64,000 nucleotides of DNA from Chloroflexota bacterium (GTDB lineage Bacteria; Chloroflexota; UBA11872), in NCBI GenBank assembly GCA_022825895.1, contig JAJDVX010000015.1:45121-109120 (forward strand), written 5' to 3'. The notes below the pieces were generated by a model that was given only the letters and a program-made list of their open reading frames with translations, ran no database searches and was not told the DNA's origin. Below, in pieces: positions 48,444 through 57,795 of this stretch. Position 1 is the stretch's first letter. The number at the start of each line of letters is the position of its first letter. The translations under genes and the position numbers were made by a program.

Positions 48444-48770
48444 TTGTCTATACGACTGATATACAATCAAGGCGTCGGTCACGAATGTACCGAGCGTGGA
48501 AGGGCAATCCGCGTGGCGCAGGTGAACTTAAGAGTCAACGACGAGCGCTTGGCTCTCATCGACCGTGGCGCCGCGATTCGGGGAGTTACGCGAACGGAGT
48601 TCGTGCTCCGGGCAAGTGAAGCTGCAGCCCTCGAAGCGTTGAACGAGCGCCCCGTTATCGCACTCGACGACGAAGCGTACGACGCGTTCGTGGCTGCGCT
48701 TGACGCACCAGACGAACCAAGTGCGCGCCTGCGTGAATTGGCTGCCCGCAAACCGCTGTGGGAGCGCTAA
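48444..48770 (+). CDS. DUF1778 (TacA-like, RHH) antitoxin of GNAT toxin
   Basis: VNLRVNDERLALIDRGAAIRGVTRTEFVLRAS...IALDDEAYDAFVAALDAP matches TacA/DUF1778. True start may be GTG near 48513 (GAAGGG RBS). Confidence 0.7.
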   Translation: MSIRLIYNQGVGHECTERGRAIRVAQVNLRVNDERLALIDRGAAIRGVTRTEFVLRASEAAALEALNERPVIALDDEAYDAFVAALDAPDEPSARLRELAARKPLWER

Positions 48771-49261
48771 CCAGGCCAACGCTCATCAGCCGACGTCATG
48801 ACCTCTCGCAATTCGACTGCGGCGTGGACAGCCTCAATACGTGGCTACGGCGCTGGGCCCGCCTGAACGAGACTCGAGGCGGCGCACGGACCTATGTGGT
48901 CTGCGATGGCGACAAGGTAGTCGCCTTCTACAGCCTGGCCGCCACCTCGGTGGAGCGGAGCCGCGTCTCGTCCCGCGTCGGGCGAAACATGCCTGATCCG
49001 CTGCCTGCGATCCTGCTAGGCCAGCTCGCCGTGGACACCTACTGTCAAGGCCGGGGACTCGGTTCGGACTTGGTCGTCGACGCCGCCAGGCGCGCTCTTG
49101 CCGCCGCCGATCTCATCGGTGCGCGCGCTGTCATCGTCCAGGCGCTAGACGATCGAGCACGGGCGTTCTACGAGTCCTTTGGCTTCCGCCAATTCTCGGA
49201 TCGAGAATCCCTGATGCTGCTCACTCGGCTCTCCGAACTAAGGTCCGCGCTGCCGCCGTAG
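48758..49261 (+). CDS. GNAT family acetyltransferase toxin (TacT-like)
   Basis: ISRRHDLSQFDCGVDSLNTWLRRWA N-terminal pattern of TacT-type toxins, acetyl-CoA motif QGRGLGSDLV. Overlaps antitoxin end. Confidence 0.7.
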   Translation: MGALTRPTLISRRHDLSQFDCGVDSLNTWLRRWARLNETRGGARTYVVCDGDKVVAFYSLAATSVERSRVSSRVGRNMPDPLPAILLGQLAVDTYCQGRGLGSDLVVDAARRALAAADLIGARAVIVQALDDRARAFYESFGFRQFSDRESLMLLTRLSELRSALPP

Positions 49262-49453
49262 CGCATTAGTCCGCGACGAGTTCCCGTCGCCCTCGCCGCT
49301 GAAACCTGTCGATCGCTCCAACGTCCCCTCTGGCGGGGCGGCCGCCTGTTAGAGTCGCGATCCGCCAGAGGGGTAGTTGTCCATCAACGTGGCATCGGCT
49401 GCGCGGTGCGGGCGCGGCCCTGACCAGTCGGTCAGGTTCGGTCCGGAACTTAC

Positions 49454-49885
49454 CTACGAAGTCTCCGACTCCCCATGCTCGCAGTTGAACTGCCACGTAA
49501 TCCCGAACTTGTCCGTGCAGGCCCCAAAGTAGGCCCCCCAGAACATGTCCGCCGGCGCCATCTGCACGCTCCCACCCTCGGAAATCTTCGCGAAGAACTC
49601 GTCCGTCTGTTCGCGGTTCTCCGTCGTGTAGGAAACCGAGAAATTCGTGCCCTGCACGTGCGGCGGACCAAACCCGGGCATCACGTCGCTACCCATCAGC
49701 ACGCTCGACCCAATCGGATACGACACGTGCATGATCTGGTCCTTGGCCTCCTCGGGGACTCCCATGTCCGGCGGTCCGTCCGCGAACGTCTGCACAATCG
49801 CAAAGTCCCCGCCAAACACCGACCGGTAAAACTCAAACGCTTCGCGGCAGTTGCCGTCAAAGTTCAGATAGATGCTCAGCGACAT
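49454..49885 (-). CDS. VOC superfamily protein, PhnB-like
   Basis: MSLSIYLNFDGNCREAFEFYRSVFGG ... GITWQF, characteristic of PhnB/3-demethylubiquinone-like VOC proteins. Confidence 0.7.
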   Translation of the reverse strand: MSLSIYLNFDGNCREAFEFYRSVFGGDFAIVQTFADGPPDMGVPEEAKDQIMHVSYPIGSSVLMGSDVMPGFGPPHVQGTNFSVSYTTENREQTDEFFAKISEGGSVQMAPADMFWGAYFGACTDKFGITWQFNCEHGESETS

Positions 49886-50185
49886 CCGTGTCTCCCTGGA
49901 GCTAGCCGGCTGGCAACTGCGGTACCCGCCCGTACCGACTCGATACGAACCACGGCTGACACTGCCGGACCAAGATGACCAATTCTAGCGGCGGGAATCC
50001 TCGATCAGGCGCATTCAATGAATCGGCGTCCATCCACCATCGTTGCAATAGTCGACAAGACTCGTCCCTCTGGATTCGCGTCTCACGATCCTTACTGGCT
50101 TCAGCCAGCCTTTCATCAGCCGTTGATCAAATCGACTCTGCATCCAGTCGCACGAAAGCTCCTCAGCCCAGAATCGCCAGCAACC

Positions 50186-51022
50186 TCACCCGCCGATCGG
50201 AAACGCAAGCTCAAGACGGTGGGCAGCGGCGATATCCAGGATGGCCTGATGGATTCGACCGTTACTGAAGATGCAGCGACGGCTCGCGAAACTCGCCGGC
50301 TCGCCCCTCACGTTGGTGACGAGGCCGCCGGCTCGTTGGACCAACAATCCGGCGCCGGCGTGGTCCCACCACTTGACGCTGCTGAACATCGCGCCGTCGT
50401 AACGACCCGCCGCCACCCAGGCTGTCTCCAGCGCCGCGGAACCGGTAAGGCGCACGCGGTGGAATGTACGTGCGGCCTCCGCCAGCGCGGCGTTATAGCG
50501 TCGATCATCCTCGGCGTCTATCCCACGCTGCGCCCACGCCACGGTGCTCTCGGACGGATTGGTCCGACCGGTAACCTCGACGACCCGGCCATTGAGCATC
50601 GCCTGGCCGTCAGCCAGCGCCGTGAACATCTCGTCGCGCACCGGGTCATAGATCGCGGCGGCGTCTGGTTTCGTATCGCGCGTGTGAGCCACGCTCACGC
50701 AAAACTGCGGCTGCCCGCGCGAGTAGTTGTCGGTGCCGTCCAGAGGGTCGATTACCCAGACGTCAGGCCCGTCGATGTCCTCGTCGTCCGCGAATTCCTC
50801 CGAATAGACCGTGTGCGCTGGCACGCGCTCCGCCAGCACCTCGCGAATTGCGCGGTCGGCGGCAAAGTCGGCGTCCGTGACCACGGTGCGCTCACCCTGC
50901 CAGGTCTTCCACTGCACGCCCAGCAACTCGGACTCGAAGCTCCGCAACAACTCGGCGCCGGCGGCCCGGGCGGCCGTCTCCGCTACGTCCAGCAGCCCGG
51001 CCGGGTCGGTCGGGCCAGCCAC
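50186..51022 (-). CDS. inositol monophosphatase family protein (SuhB/HisN/CysQ-like)
   Basis: VIDPLDGTDNY, WDHAGAGLL motifs. Confidence 0.8.
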   Translation of the reverse strand: MAGPTDPAGLLDVAETAARAAGAELLRSFESELLGVQWKTWQGERTVVTDADFAADRAIREVLAERVPAHTVYSEEFADDEDIDGPDVWVIDPLDGTDNYSRGQPQFCVSVAHTRDTKPDAAAIYDPVRDEMFTALADGQAMLNGRVVEVTGRTNPSESTVAWAQRGIDAEDDRRYNAALAEAARTFHRVRLTGSAALETAWVAAGRYDGAMFSSVKWWDHAGAGLLVQRAGGLVTNVRGEPASFASRRCIFSNGRIHQAILDIAAAHRLELAFPIGG

Positions 51023-51024
51023 TC

Positions 51025-51474
51025 TCAGACTGCCGTCGTGGGCATTTCGGCCAGCGCCTTGCGCAGGCCCTGCGTCCAGCCGCGCACGTTGCGACGCAGG
51101 CTGAATCGCGCGAAGAAGCCCAGCGGACCCAGCGTGCGCGGACCGGACGCCGTCTGTCGAATCCGAACGCCCGTGCCGCCTTCGACTGGTCGCAATTCAA
51201 TCGACATGCCGCGAGTGAGTCCGGCCTTGCTACCGGTCCACGAGGCCGAGTGACCCAGGTCGACCTCGGTGATCGTGTAGATGAATGTCATCCGCTCGCG
51301 TCCGGTCTTCTGTCGAAACCGGAAACCGGGCACCCAGTTGCCCGCGGTAAGCCGCTCGGCGTCCTCGATCGTGGTGTTCCACTTCTGCCAGTCGTTGATC
51401 GTGCTCACCAGTTGCCAGATCGTGTTGACTGGCGCCATGAGTTCAACACTCGCGCTTTCTTCAATCACCGACAT
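51025..51474 (-). CDS. SRPBCC (START/Bet v1-like, polyketide cyclase-like) domain protein
   Basis: 149 aa; pattern WQLVSTINDWQKWNT typical of SRPBCC. Confidence 0.65.
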   Translation of the reverse strand: MSVIEESASVELMAPVNTIWQLVSTINDWQKWNTTIEDAERLTAGNWVPGFRFRQKTGRERMTFIYTITEVDLGHSASWTGSKAGLTRGMSIELRPVEGGTGVRIRQTASGPRTLGPLGFFARFSLRRNVRGWTQGLRKALAEMPTTAV

Positions 51475-51605
51475 CTCCTAACCCCGGGCCGCGCGCGGTC
51501 ATCCCGTCCGCGCAACCGGCAATCTTACGCCGCCTGGCAAGCATCCGCCCTGTGGACGTTACGCTACAGCAGAACCCAAAAACCAACTCACCCCGAGGAG
51601 TGCTG

Positions 51606-52772
51606 ATGGACCCGCTGGGATTTGTAGACGCTCACGTACGTGACCTGCGAGAGCGCGGCCTTTTCCGGCAACTGCCGGTCTTGCAGTCTCCACAAGGCCC
51701 GCGCATCCGCATCGGCGGCCGTGAACTCATCAACATGTCGTCCAATGACTACCTTGGGCTGGCCAACGATCCGGCTCTGCGGGAAGCGGCAATGGCCGGT
51801 GCGGAGACCTGGGGTGCCGGCGCCGGCGCGGTGCGCACGATCGCGGGCACGCTTGACATCCATGAGGCGTTGGAAGCCGAAATCGCCGCCTGGAAAGGCG
51901 TGGAAGCCACGCTCGTCTTCCAGTCAGGCTTCGCGGGCAACCTGGGCACGATTCCGGCACTGGTTGGCCGCGGTGACGTCATCCTCAGCGATGAACTCAA
52001 TCACGCCAGCATCATCGATGGCTGCCGATTGAGTCGCGCCGAAATCCGCCGTTTCGCTCACGCGGACGCCGACTCGCTGCGCGAGCAACTGGCGACCTGC
52101 GCCCCCGATCAGCGCAAACTGGTCGTTACCGACGGCGTGTTCAGCATGGACGGCGACATCGCCCCGCTGCCCGACATTTGCGACGCGGCCGAGGCGTTCG
52201 GCGCCATGGTGATGGTGGACGACGCCCACGGCAGCGGTGTGCTGGGTCGCGGCGGTCGCGGCAGCGTCGACCACTTCGGCCTGCACGGTCGCGTGCAGAT
52301 TCAGCTAGGCACCCTCTCCAAGGCCATTGGCTCCATGGGCGGCTACATCGCGGGAAGCCATGCCCTTCGCGACTACTTGACGCAGACCGCCCGACCCGTG
52401 CTGTTCTCCACCTCGCATCCGCCCGCAGTGGTTGAAACGACCCGCGCGGCCATCCGCGTCCTTAGCCAGGAATCCGAGCGCGTCGAAAGGCTCTGGGACA
52501 ACGCCCGGTTCTTCAAGCAGGGCCTCGCCAACCTGGGCATGGACCTTGGTCGCAGTGCCACGCCCATCACCCCGGTCATCGTCGGCGAAGCCGAACGCGC
52601 CCACGCCCTCAGCGACCGGCTGCGGCAGAGCGGCGTCTTCGTACAGAGCGTGGCCTTTCCGACCGTCCCGCGCGGCGCCGCGCGAGTACGGGCCATGGTG
52701 AGCGCCGCCCACAGCCGGGAGGATTTGTCCCAGGCCATCGACGCCTTCGGCGAGGCGATGCGCGGGCTCTGA
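51606..52772 (+). CDS. class II PLP-dependent alpha-oxoamine synthase (glycine C-acetyltransferase Kbl / BioF-like)
   Basis: Start re-picked to ATG 51606 (GAGGAG RBS). MSSNDYLGL, DDAHGSGVLG, TLSKAIGSMGGY (PLP-Lys). Confidence 0.8.
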   Translation: MDPLGFVDAHVRDLRERGLFRQLPVLQSPQGPRIRIGGRELINMSSNDYLGLANDPALREAAMAGAETWGAGAGAVRTIAGTLDIHEALEAEIAAWKGVEATLVFQSGFAGNLGTIPALVGRGDVILSDELNHASIIDGCRLSRAEIRRFAHADADSLREQLATCAPDQRKLVVTDGVFSMDGDIAPLPDICDAAEAFGAMVMVDDAHGSGVLGRGGRGSVDHFGLHGRVQIQLGTLSKAIGSMGGYIAGSHALRDYLTQTARPVLFSTSHPPAVVETTRAAIRVLSQESERVERLWDNARFFKQGLANLGMDLGRSATPITPVIVGEAERAHALSDRLRQSGVFVQSVAFPTVPRGAARVRAMVSAAHSREDLSQAIDAFGEAMRGL

Positions 52773-52841
52773 CCCTTCGCATCCTCGAATGGCGGCGGAG
52801 CGGTGCTAGCATCGCGCCCCCGCGCTTGCCCGGAGTCTGTG

Positions 52842-53909
52842 GTGTCTGAGTCGCTTGACGATCTGCGGCGAGACATTGACTCCCTGGATGAGGAATTAGT
52901 CACGCTGCTCGGACAGCGCGCCGAGCTTGTCCGAAAAATCGGCCACCGCAAGGCGGACGCTGGAACCCCCGTCTTCGATCCCGGGCGAGAGCGCGATGTG
53001 TTGGCACGGGTCACGGCAATCAACCCGGGCCCATACGACGACGATCACATTCAAGCGATCTACCGCGAGATCATGGCCGCCTCACGGAGCCTCGAGGAGC
53101 CACCCCGTGTCGGCTATCTGGGCCCGCCCCACACCTTTAGCCACCAGGCCGCGCAACTGTACTTTGGACGCCTCGCGGATCTGACGCCGCTCAATTCATT
53201 CCGAGACATCTTCGACTTCGTCGATCGCTCGCCGCGCATGTCCGGCGTGGTTCCCATCGAGAACACCACCAGCGGCACGATCGGCGAAACGTTGGATCTC
53301 TTCGTCACCCGCATGGTGTATATCCAGGCGGAGATTCAGCTTCCGGTCTCGCACAACCTGCTGGCGCTCGCGGATTCACCGGCCTGGGCCCGAGTTTTCT
53401 CGCACCCACACGCCATCGCCCAGTGTCGCGGCTGGATCGAGCGACACCTCGGCACAACGCCCATCCTGGAAGTGGCAAGCACCGCGGAAGCCGCCCGGCG
53501 GGCAAGCTGCGAACCGGACGCCGCTGCCATTGGACCGCTCAGCGCGGCGGAGGCCTTTGGCCTGGAAGTGTTACAGCAGGACATCCAGGACATTGCCTCG
53601 AACCGAACCCGCTTTTACGTGATTGGCGACAAGCCCGCCGCGCGGACCGGCCGCGACAAGATGGCGCTGATGGTTGCCGTGCACGACCGCGTGGGGGCAC
53701 TGCACGACGTGTTGAGTTGCCTTCGCGAACACGAACTGAATCTCAGCTTCATCCAGTCGCGACCCTCCCGACTGAAACCGGATGACTACATCTTTTTCCT
53801 GGAAATGACGGGGCACCCCGACGATGCGCACGTCCAAGACGCGCTGCACGTTCTGGCCGAGTCGACCGTGCTCACACGCGTCCTCGGCGCCTGGCCAGTT
53901 AAAGCGTAA
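52842..53909 (+). CDS. pheA: bifunctional chorismate mutase / prephenate dehydratase (P-protein)
   Basis: CM domain LDDLRRDIDSLDEELVTLLGQRAELV, PDT domain VGYLGPPHTFSHQAA, C-terminal ACT. Start uncertain (GTG 52803/52839/52842). Confidence 0.8.
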   Translation: MSESLDDLRRDIDSLDEELVTLLGQRAELVRKIGHRKADAGTPVFDPGRERDVLARVTAINPGPYDDDHIQAIYREIMAASRSLEEPPRVGYLGPPHTFSHQAAQLYFGRLADLTPLNSFRDIFDFVDRSPRMSGVVPIENTTSGTIGETLDLFVTRMVYIQAEIQLPVSHNLLALADSPAWARVFSHPHAIAQCRGWIERHLGTTPILEVASTAEAARRASCEPDAAAIGPLSAAEAFGLEVLQQDIQDIASNRTRFYVIGDKPAARTGRDKMALMVAVHDRVGALHDVLSCLREHELNLSFIQSRPSRLKPDDYIFFLEMTGHPDDAHVQDALHVLAESTVLTRVLGAWPVKA

Positions 53910-53921
53910 GCCGACTCGTCG

Positions 53922-54740
53922 TCAGCCCGGTCGGGCCTCCTCGATCGCCGCCCGCATTTCCTCGACCTTTCCCCTAACCGCCGACGCGTAGTCCAGGCCA
54001 TCGCCCGCCCAGAGCGCTGAGCGTCCCGCGTTGATGAGCACACCCTCGGGCGCCGGCCCAAACCCGGCCTTCACCGTGGCCTCGAGCGCTCCCCCCTGGG
54101 CACCAACGCCCGGCGCGAGGATCGGCATGCCAACTGCAAGTCTGCGAACCGTACCGACATCTTCGGGACGAGTTGCGCCAACCACGACGCCGAGATTTCC
54201 GAGTTCATTCCACTCGGCCAGACCCCTCGCCAGTCGCAGGTACACCGGCTCTCCGTCGCCGGTCATCAGCCCCTGCAGGTCGTCCGCGCCGGGATTGCTG
54301 CTGCGCAGCCAGGCGAACGCGCCACGGTCGGGCCGCTCAATCAAGGGCTGGATTGCGTCGCGGCCGCCCCACGGATTGAACGTGATGGCGTCGGCGTCGA
54401 GGAAGTCGAAGAGAAAGTCGGCGTACCGCTCGGACGTGTCGGACACATCGCCGACTTTGTTGTCCGCGAGTAGCAGCGCACGGTCGCCGACCGCGTCGCG
54501 CAGGTCACGCAGCAGCCGCAAGCCGTCTGGCCCCAGCGTCAGGTAAAACGGGACGTTCGGCTTGAAGGCCACGACCACGTCGGCGCAGGCCTCCACGACC
54601 TCGGTCAGGAATGCACGCGCCCCGTCCACCGAACGCGGCAGGCCCGCAGGCAAACGCTCCAGGTCCAGGTCAAGGCCCAGGCACACCCAGGACTTCTTCG
54701 CTTCGGCCTCACGCCAAAGTCGCGCGGCGAACCCGGTCAC
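53922..54740 (-). CDS. pyrF: orotidine 5'-phosphate decarboxylase (type 2)
   Basis: WVCLGLDLD, VVAFKPNVPFY, LLADNKVGDV motifs. Confidence 0.85.
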   Translation of the reverse strand: MTGFAARLWREAEAKKSWVCLGLDLDLERLPAGLPRSVDGARAFLTEVVEACADVVVAFKPNVPFYLTLGPDGLRLLRDLRDAVGDRALLLADNKVGDVSDTSERYADFLFDFLDADAITFNPWGGRDAIQPLIERPDRGAFAWLRSSNPGADDLQGLMTGDGEPVYLRLARGLAEWNELGNLGVVVGATRPEDVGTVRRLAVGMPILAPGVGAQGGALEATVKAGFGPAPEGVLINAGRSALWAGDGLDYASAVRGKVEEMRAAIEEARPG

Positions 54741-54871
54741 GGGTGGTCTGTCCTCGCTGTCACGTCGTCACAGCTCCTGAGCGTGGGACCTGCCTTTTGA
54801 GACCGAAGCAGCCCAGTCCTATACTCAGCCCCGCGTAAAGCGCCGCTAGGCGCCAGCCGCTGGGGGCAGGC

Positions 54872-55099
54872 ATGGGTCTCTTAGATTTTTTGAAGCGCGA
54901 GAAGAAAGTGACGGCCGTCCGCCACACGATCAAGGTGATGCCGCGCGAAACCCTTCGAACGATCGCCGAACGGGAGTATGGCGACCAGGACAAGTGGGAA
55001 ATCATCTTCAACAAGAACAAGTGGCGGTTCGACGGAGCCGATCCGAGCACGATCTATCCGGGCATGGACCTGGATATTCCGGAGATCGAGTCGGACTAA
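54872..55099 (+). CDS. small LysM domain protein
   Basis: HTIKVMPRETLRTIAEREYGD...IYPGMDLDIP matches LysM. 75 aa; GC ~54%. Confidence 0.6.
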   Translation: MGLLDFLKREKKVTAVRHTIKVMPRETLRTIAEREYGDQDKWEIIFNKNKWRFDGADPSTIYPGMDLDIPEIESD

Positions 55100-55126
55100 C
55101 GCCGGAGCTTGGGCTTCTGAGCATCA

Positions 55127-55214
55127 GGTGCCGAAGGTCGGGATCGAACCGACACGAGGGATGAACCTCACTGGTTTTTGAGACCAGCGCGTCTACCAGT
55201 TCCGCCACTTCGGC
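55127..55214 (-). tRNA. tRNA-Leu (anticodon CAA), type II long variable arm
   Basis: Minus strand: GCCGAAGTGGCGGAACTGGTAGACGCGCTGGTCTCAAAAACCAGTGAGGTTCATCCCTCGTGTCGGTTCGATCCCGACCTTCGGCACC. Confidence 0.85.
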
Positions 55215-55216
55215 CT

Positions 55217-55292
55217 TGGCAGGAGTGGAGGGACTCGAACCCCCGACCTACGGTTTTGGAGACCGTTGCTCTTCCAGCTGAGCTACACTCCT
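55217..55292 (-). tRNA. tRNA-Trp (anticodon CCA), CCA encoded
   Basis: Minus strand: AGGAGTGTAGCTCAGCTGGAAGAGCAACGGTCTCCAAAACCGTAGGTCGGGGGTTCGAGTCCCTCCACTCCTGCCA. 2 nt from tRNA-Leu. Confidence 0.85.
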
Positions 55293-55414
55293 TCCTCGCT
55301 CGTAAGCTAGCACAGGGGCTCCCGCTAGCCTGAGGCTGTTGAGCCGTCGGGCGTCGCACGCATACCCACCGTTTTGAGGCGGACTGCGCCCCCTGGGCTA
55401 CGCCGGAATCCAGC

Positions 55415-56005
55415 ATGGCCGACTTGCCCGCGGGCCTCACCTTTCGAGCCGTCGATGCGTCAACCTGGCCCGACTTCGAGCGCCTCTTCACATCACGCGG
55501 CGCGCCGCACTATTGCTGGTGCCTTCCCTACCGTGCGACTCGTGACGAGATGCGCCAGCGTGACCGCGCCACCCTGAAGGCCGGTATGGCCCGGCGCATC
55601 TGCCAGGGGGAGCCGGTCGGCTTGCTGGCGTACGACGGCGACGGACCGATCGGGTGGTGTTCCATCGCCCCTCGCCCGACCTTCCCGCGCCTCAAGACCT
55701 CGAGTGTCAACGGCGCCGCAGCCGCCATCGACGCGTCAATCTGGTCCCTGACCTGCTTCTTCGTTCCGCGACGGCTACGCGGCCAGGGGCTCGCCTCACG
55801 CCTGCTGAACGCAGCCATCGACCACGCACGAAGCCAGGGCGCCGCGGCGGTAGAGGCCTATCCCGTTGACCCGGAGTCCCCCAGCTATGGGTACGGCGGC
55901 CGTCGACCGATGTTCGCCGCCACCGGGTTTCGCGACATTGGACGCCTTGGCAAGCGCCGCTACGTGATGCGACTCGACTTGCCAGGCGCTGCGAACGCTC
56001 CCTGA
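55415..56005 (+). CDS. GNAT family N-acetyltransferase
   Basis: 196 aa; acetyl-CoA binding RRLRGQGLASRLL. Confidence 0.75.
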   Translation: MADLPAGLTFRAVDASTWPDFERLFTSRGAPHYCWCLPYRATRDEMRQRDRATLKAGMARRICQGEPVGLLAYDGDGPIGWCSIAPRPTFPRLKTSSVNGAAAAIDASIWSLTCFFVPRRLRGQGLASRLLNAAIDHARSQGAAAVEAYPVDPESPSYGYGGRRPMFAATGFRDIGRLGKRRYVMRLDLPGAANAP

Positions 56006-56012
56006 ACGACGC

Positions 56013-56768
56013 TCAGCGTCGGCGCGGCGTGTACGAGTACAAGGTGCCAATCTGCTTGTAGCCCACCAGCGGATACAACAGTGCCCCAGTGTGGCTCGCG
56101 GCCAGCACGGCCAACCGCGAGCCGAATCGCCTGTCATCGCGCAGCATCCGGCACATCAGTGATCGACCGATACCGCGGCGTCTGAACTCCGGCTTCACGT
56201 ACAGGTTGGCGCACCAGGTCGCCCCGTTGACTGCAGCGCTGCTCACCCATCCCACCGGATCGCCATCGACCAGGGCGGCGTACATGCGCAACGGTGCGTC
56301 CGGCGTGAGGTGTTCGGGAAGAATCTGTCGGCGGCGGACCGCCGTGTTCACCTGGTCCGCCAGCTCGGCGTCCAGCACGCGCACGATCGTGGTCGGTGGC
56401 GCGATCCGTGGAATCCGCCGCAAGTGGTGGACCATGACCGGCTCGGTAAACCCCAGACGGTAGTCCAGCGCCCGGTAGCCAGCCCGAATTGGCGCGTCAG
56501 ATTCCCCAGCCGCGCAGATCGCGCAGATGGCGAACTGACCTCGCGTGTGCCGCTTGACGATCCGCACGGTCTGCTCCGGCGTGCCCCCATGCGCGAACCA
56601 CTCTTCCCTCCGATATCGCCCGCGCCGGCGCGGCGCGTCACGCGTCACCCAGAGCCCGTCAACCCGCTCGGCCAGATATGGATGCGTGAAGCTACGCGGC
56701 ACGCAAATCCCGCGCGCGAAGACTTCCAAGGCCCAATCCAGAAGGCGCACGTCCTCTACCGCGCGCAA
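56013..56768 (-). CDS. GNAT family N-acetyltransferase (C-terminal GNAT fold)
   Basis: YVKPEFRRRGIGRSLM acetyl-CoA motif in the C-terminal half. Confidence 0.6.
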   Translation of the reverse strand: MRAVEDVRLLDWALEVFARGICVPRSFTHPYLAERVDGLWVTRDAPRRRGRYRREEWFAHGGTPEQTVRIVKRHTRGQFAICAICAAGESDAPIRAGYRALDYRLGFTEPVMVHHLRRIPRIAPPTTIVRVLDAELADQVNTAVRRRQILPEHLTPDAPLRMYAALVDGDPVGWVSSAAVNGATWCANLYVKPEFRRRGIGRSLMCRMLRDDRRFGSRLAVLAASHTGALLYPLVGYKQIGTLYSYTPRRR

Positions 56769-56805
56769 GGCGGGTCTTCGCTGCGTCGGACATCTCCGGC
56801 CCGCC

Positions 56806-57066
56806 TCATGGGTGACGATACGCCTCCCGCCTGTGGGCCAATCGCACCGCCAGGATCACAAGCCTATCGGCAAGGACTTCATACACGACGCGATAGTCGC
56901 CGACTCGGATCCGCCGCAGACCGCGCAGCTCACCTTTCAGCGCGCTGCCAGCCAGCGGATGTTCTGCCAGCCCATCGATCGCCCGAACTATGCGACGGCG
57001 ATCCGAACGCGGAGCCCGTGCCAGTTCCCTCGATGCACTCCGCTTAATCCGAAGCGAGTAGCTCAC
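56806..57066 (-). CDS. RelE/ParE family type II toxin
   Basis: 86 aa; IVRAIDGLAEHPLAGSALKGELRGLRRIRVGDYRVVYEV typical RelE/ParE. Overlaps upstream antitoxin. Confidence 0.75.
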   Translation of the reverse strand: MSYSLRIKRSASRELARAPRSDRRRIVRAIDGLAEHPLAGSALKGELRGLRRIRVGDYRVVYEVLADRLVILAVRLAHRREAYRHP

Positions 57067-57265
57067 GCCTGACCTGGTCCCAGTCCAGCACTGGATCGGA
57101 GGGATCCCGCAACCGTTCGATGGCTACGGTGAGATCGTCAAAGTCCTCCAGATAGCGTTCCAGCGCCTGCCGGACGACATCGGCGCGGCTTCGTTTCAGT
57201 TGCGCCGCGGCCTCATCCAGCGCCCCAACAAGGGCATCGGGCACGCGTGCCGTGATCTGGGCCAT
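57044..57265 (-). CDS. ribbon-helix-helix (CopG/RelB-like) antitoxin
   Basis: MAQITARVPDALVGALDEAAAQLKRSRADVVRQALERYL RHH fold. 73 aa, ATG at 57263-57265. Confidence 0.7.
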   Translation of the reverse strand: MAQITARVPDALVGALDEAAAQLKRSRADVVRQALERYLEDFDDLTVAIERLRDPSDPVLDWDQVRRELLASD

Positions 57266-57300
57266 CTCAACTCCAATCTCTCAGCCTGACTTCAAGTAAA

Positions 57301-57319
57301 GTCAATTGAGTCATTTGAC
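57301..57319. promoter_or_regulatory. candidate RHH-antitoxin operator in AT-rich promoter region
   Basis: GTCAA-ttgagtcat-TTGAC inverted repeat, ~35 nt upstream of the antitoxin start. ~40% GC local. Confidence 0.3.
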
Positions 57320-57403
57320 ATTACTACAAACTCAAGCGATCGCGACACCGTTGCGATTCCGGGGCTTGATGCAGCAATCAGCGGCTCGCGCCGATGCACC
57401 CAA

Positions 57404-57478
57404 TGGCTCCTCGGGCAGGACTCGAACCTGCAACCCTGCGGTTAACAGCCGCACGCTCTACCATTGAGCTACCGAGGA
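57404..57478 (-). tRNA. tRNA-Asn (anticodon GTT), CCA encoded
   Basis: Minus strand: TCCTCGGTAGCTCAATGGTAGAGCGTGCGGCTGTTAACCGCAGGGTTGCAGGTTCGAGTCCTGCCCGAGGAGCCA. Confidence 0.85.
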
Positions 57479-57541
57479 ATGGCCGCCTGATATGAGGACT
57501 TGCCGCGAAAGCGACCTTCGCCGCAAGTCGCCGCGCTTAGC

Positions 57542-57652
57542 CTAAGCGCCCGCTTCCGACTCGTCTTCGACGCCCATCAGGCTCTTGGCTTTCCGAAACA
57601 GGACCGCCAGAACCCCAAGGACGACCGCAAGCACGCCGAGCTTCTTGATCAT
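57542..57652 (-). CDS. small 36-aa single-TM protein (below ORF-track length cutoff)
   Basis: MIKKLGVLAVVLGVLAVLFRKAKSLMGVEDESEAGA*. ATG start; 29/36 codons end in G/C, matching genome codon bias. Confidence 0.3.
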   Translation of the reverse strand: MIKKLGVLAVVLGVLAVLFRKAKSLMGVEDESEAGA

Positions 57653-57795
57653 CTGTTGCGCCCGTGGGTAACCGACTGCAAGGAGATATCGCGAGAATAG
57701 CAAAGTCCTATCCGGCGCCCCTTCGCCGAACCAGGCGAGGCCAGCCCCCAGGCTCCGCGGCTAGACTTGCCCGATCCCCGAGCCGGGTCGCCCGC

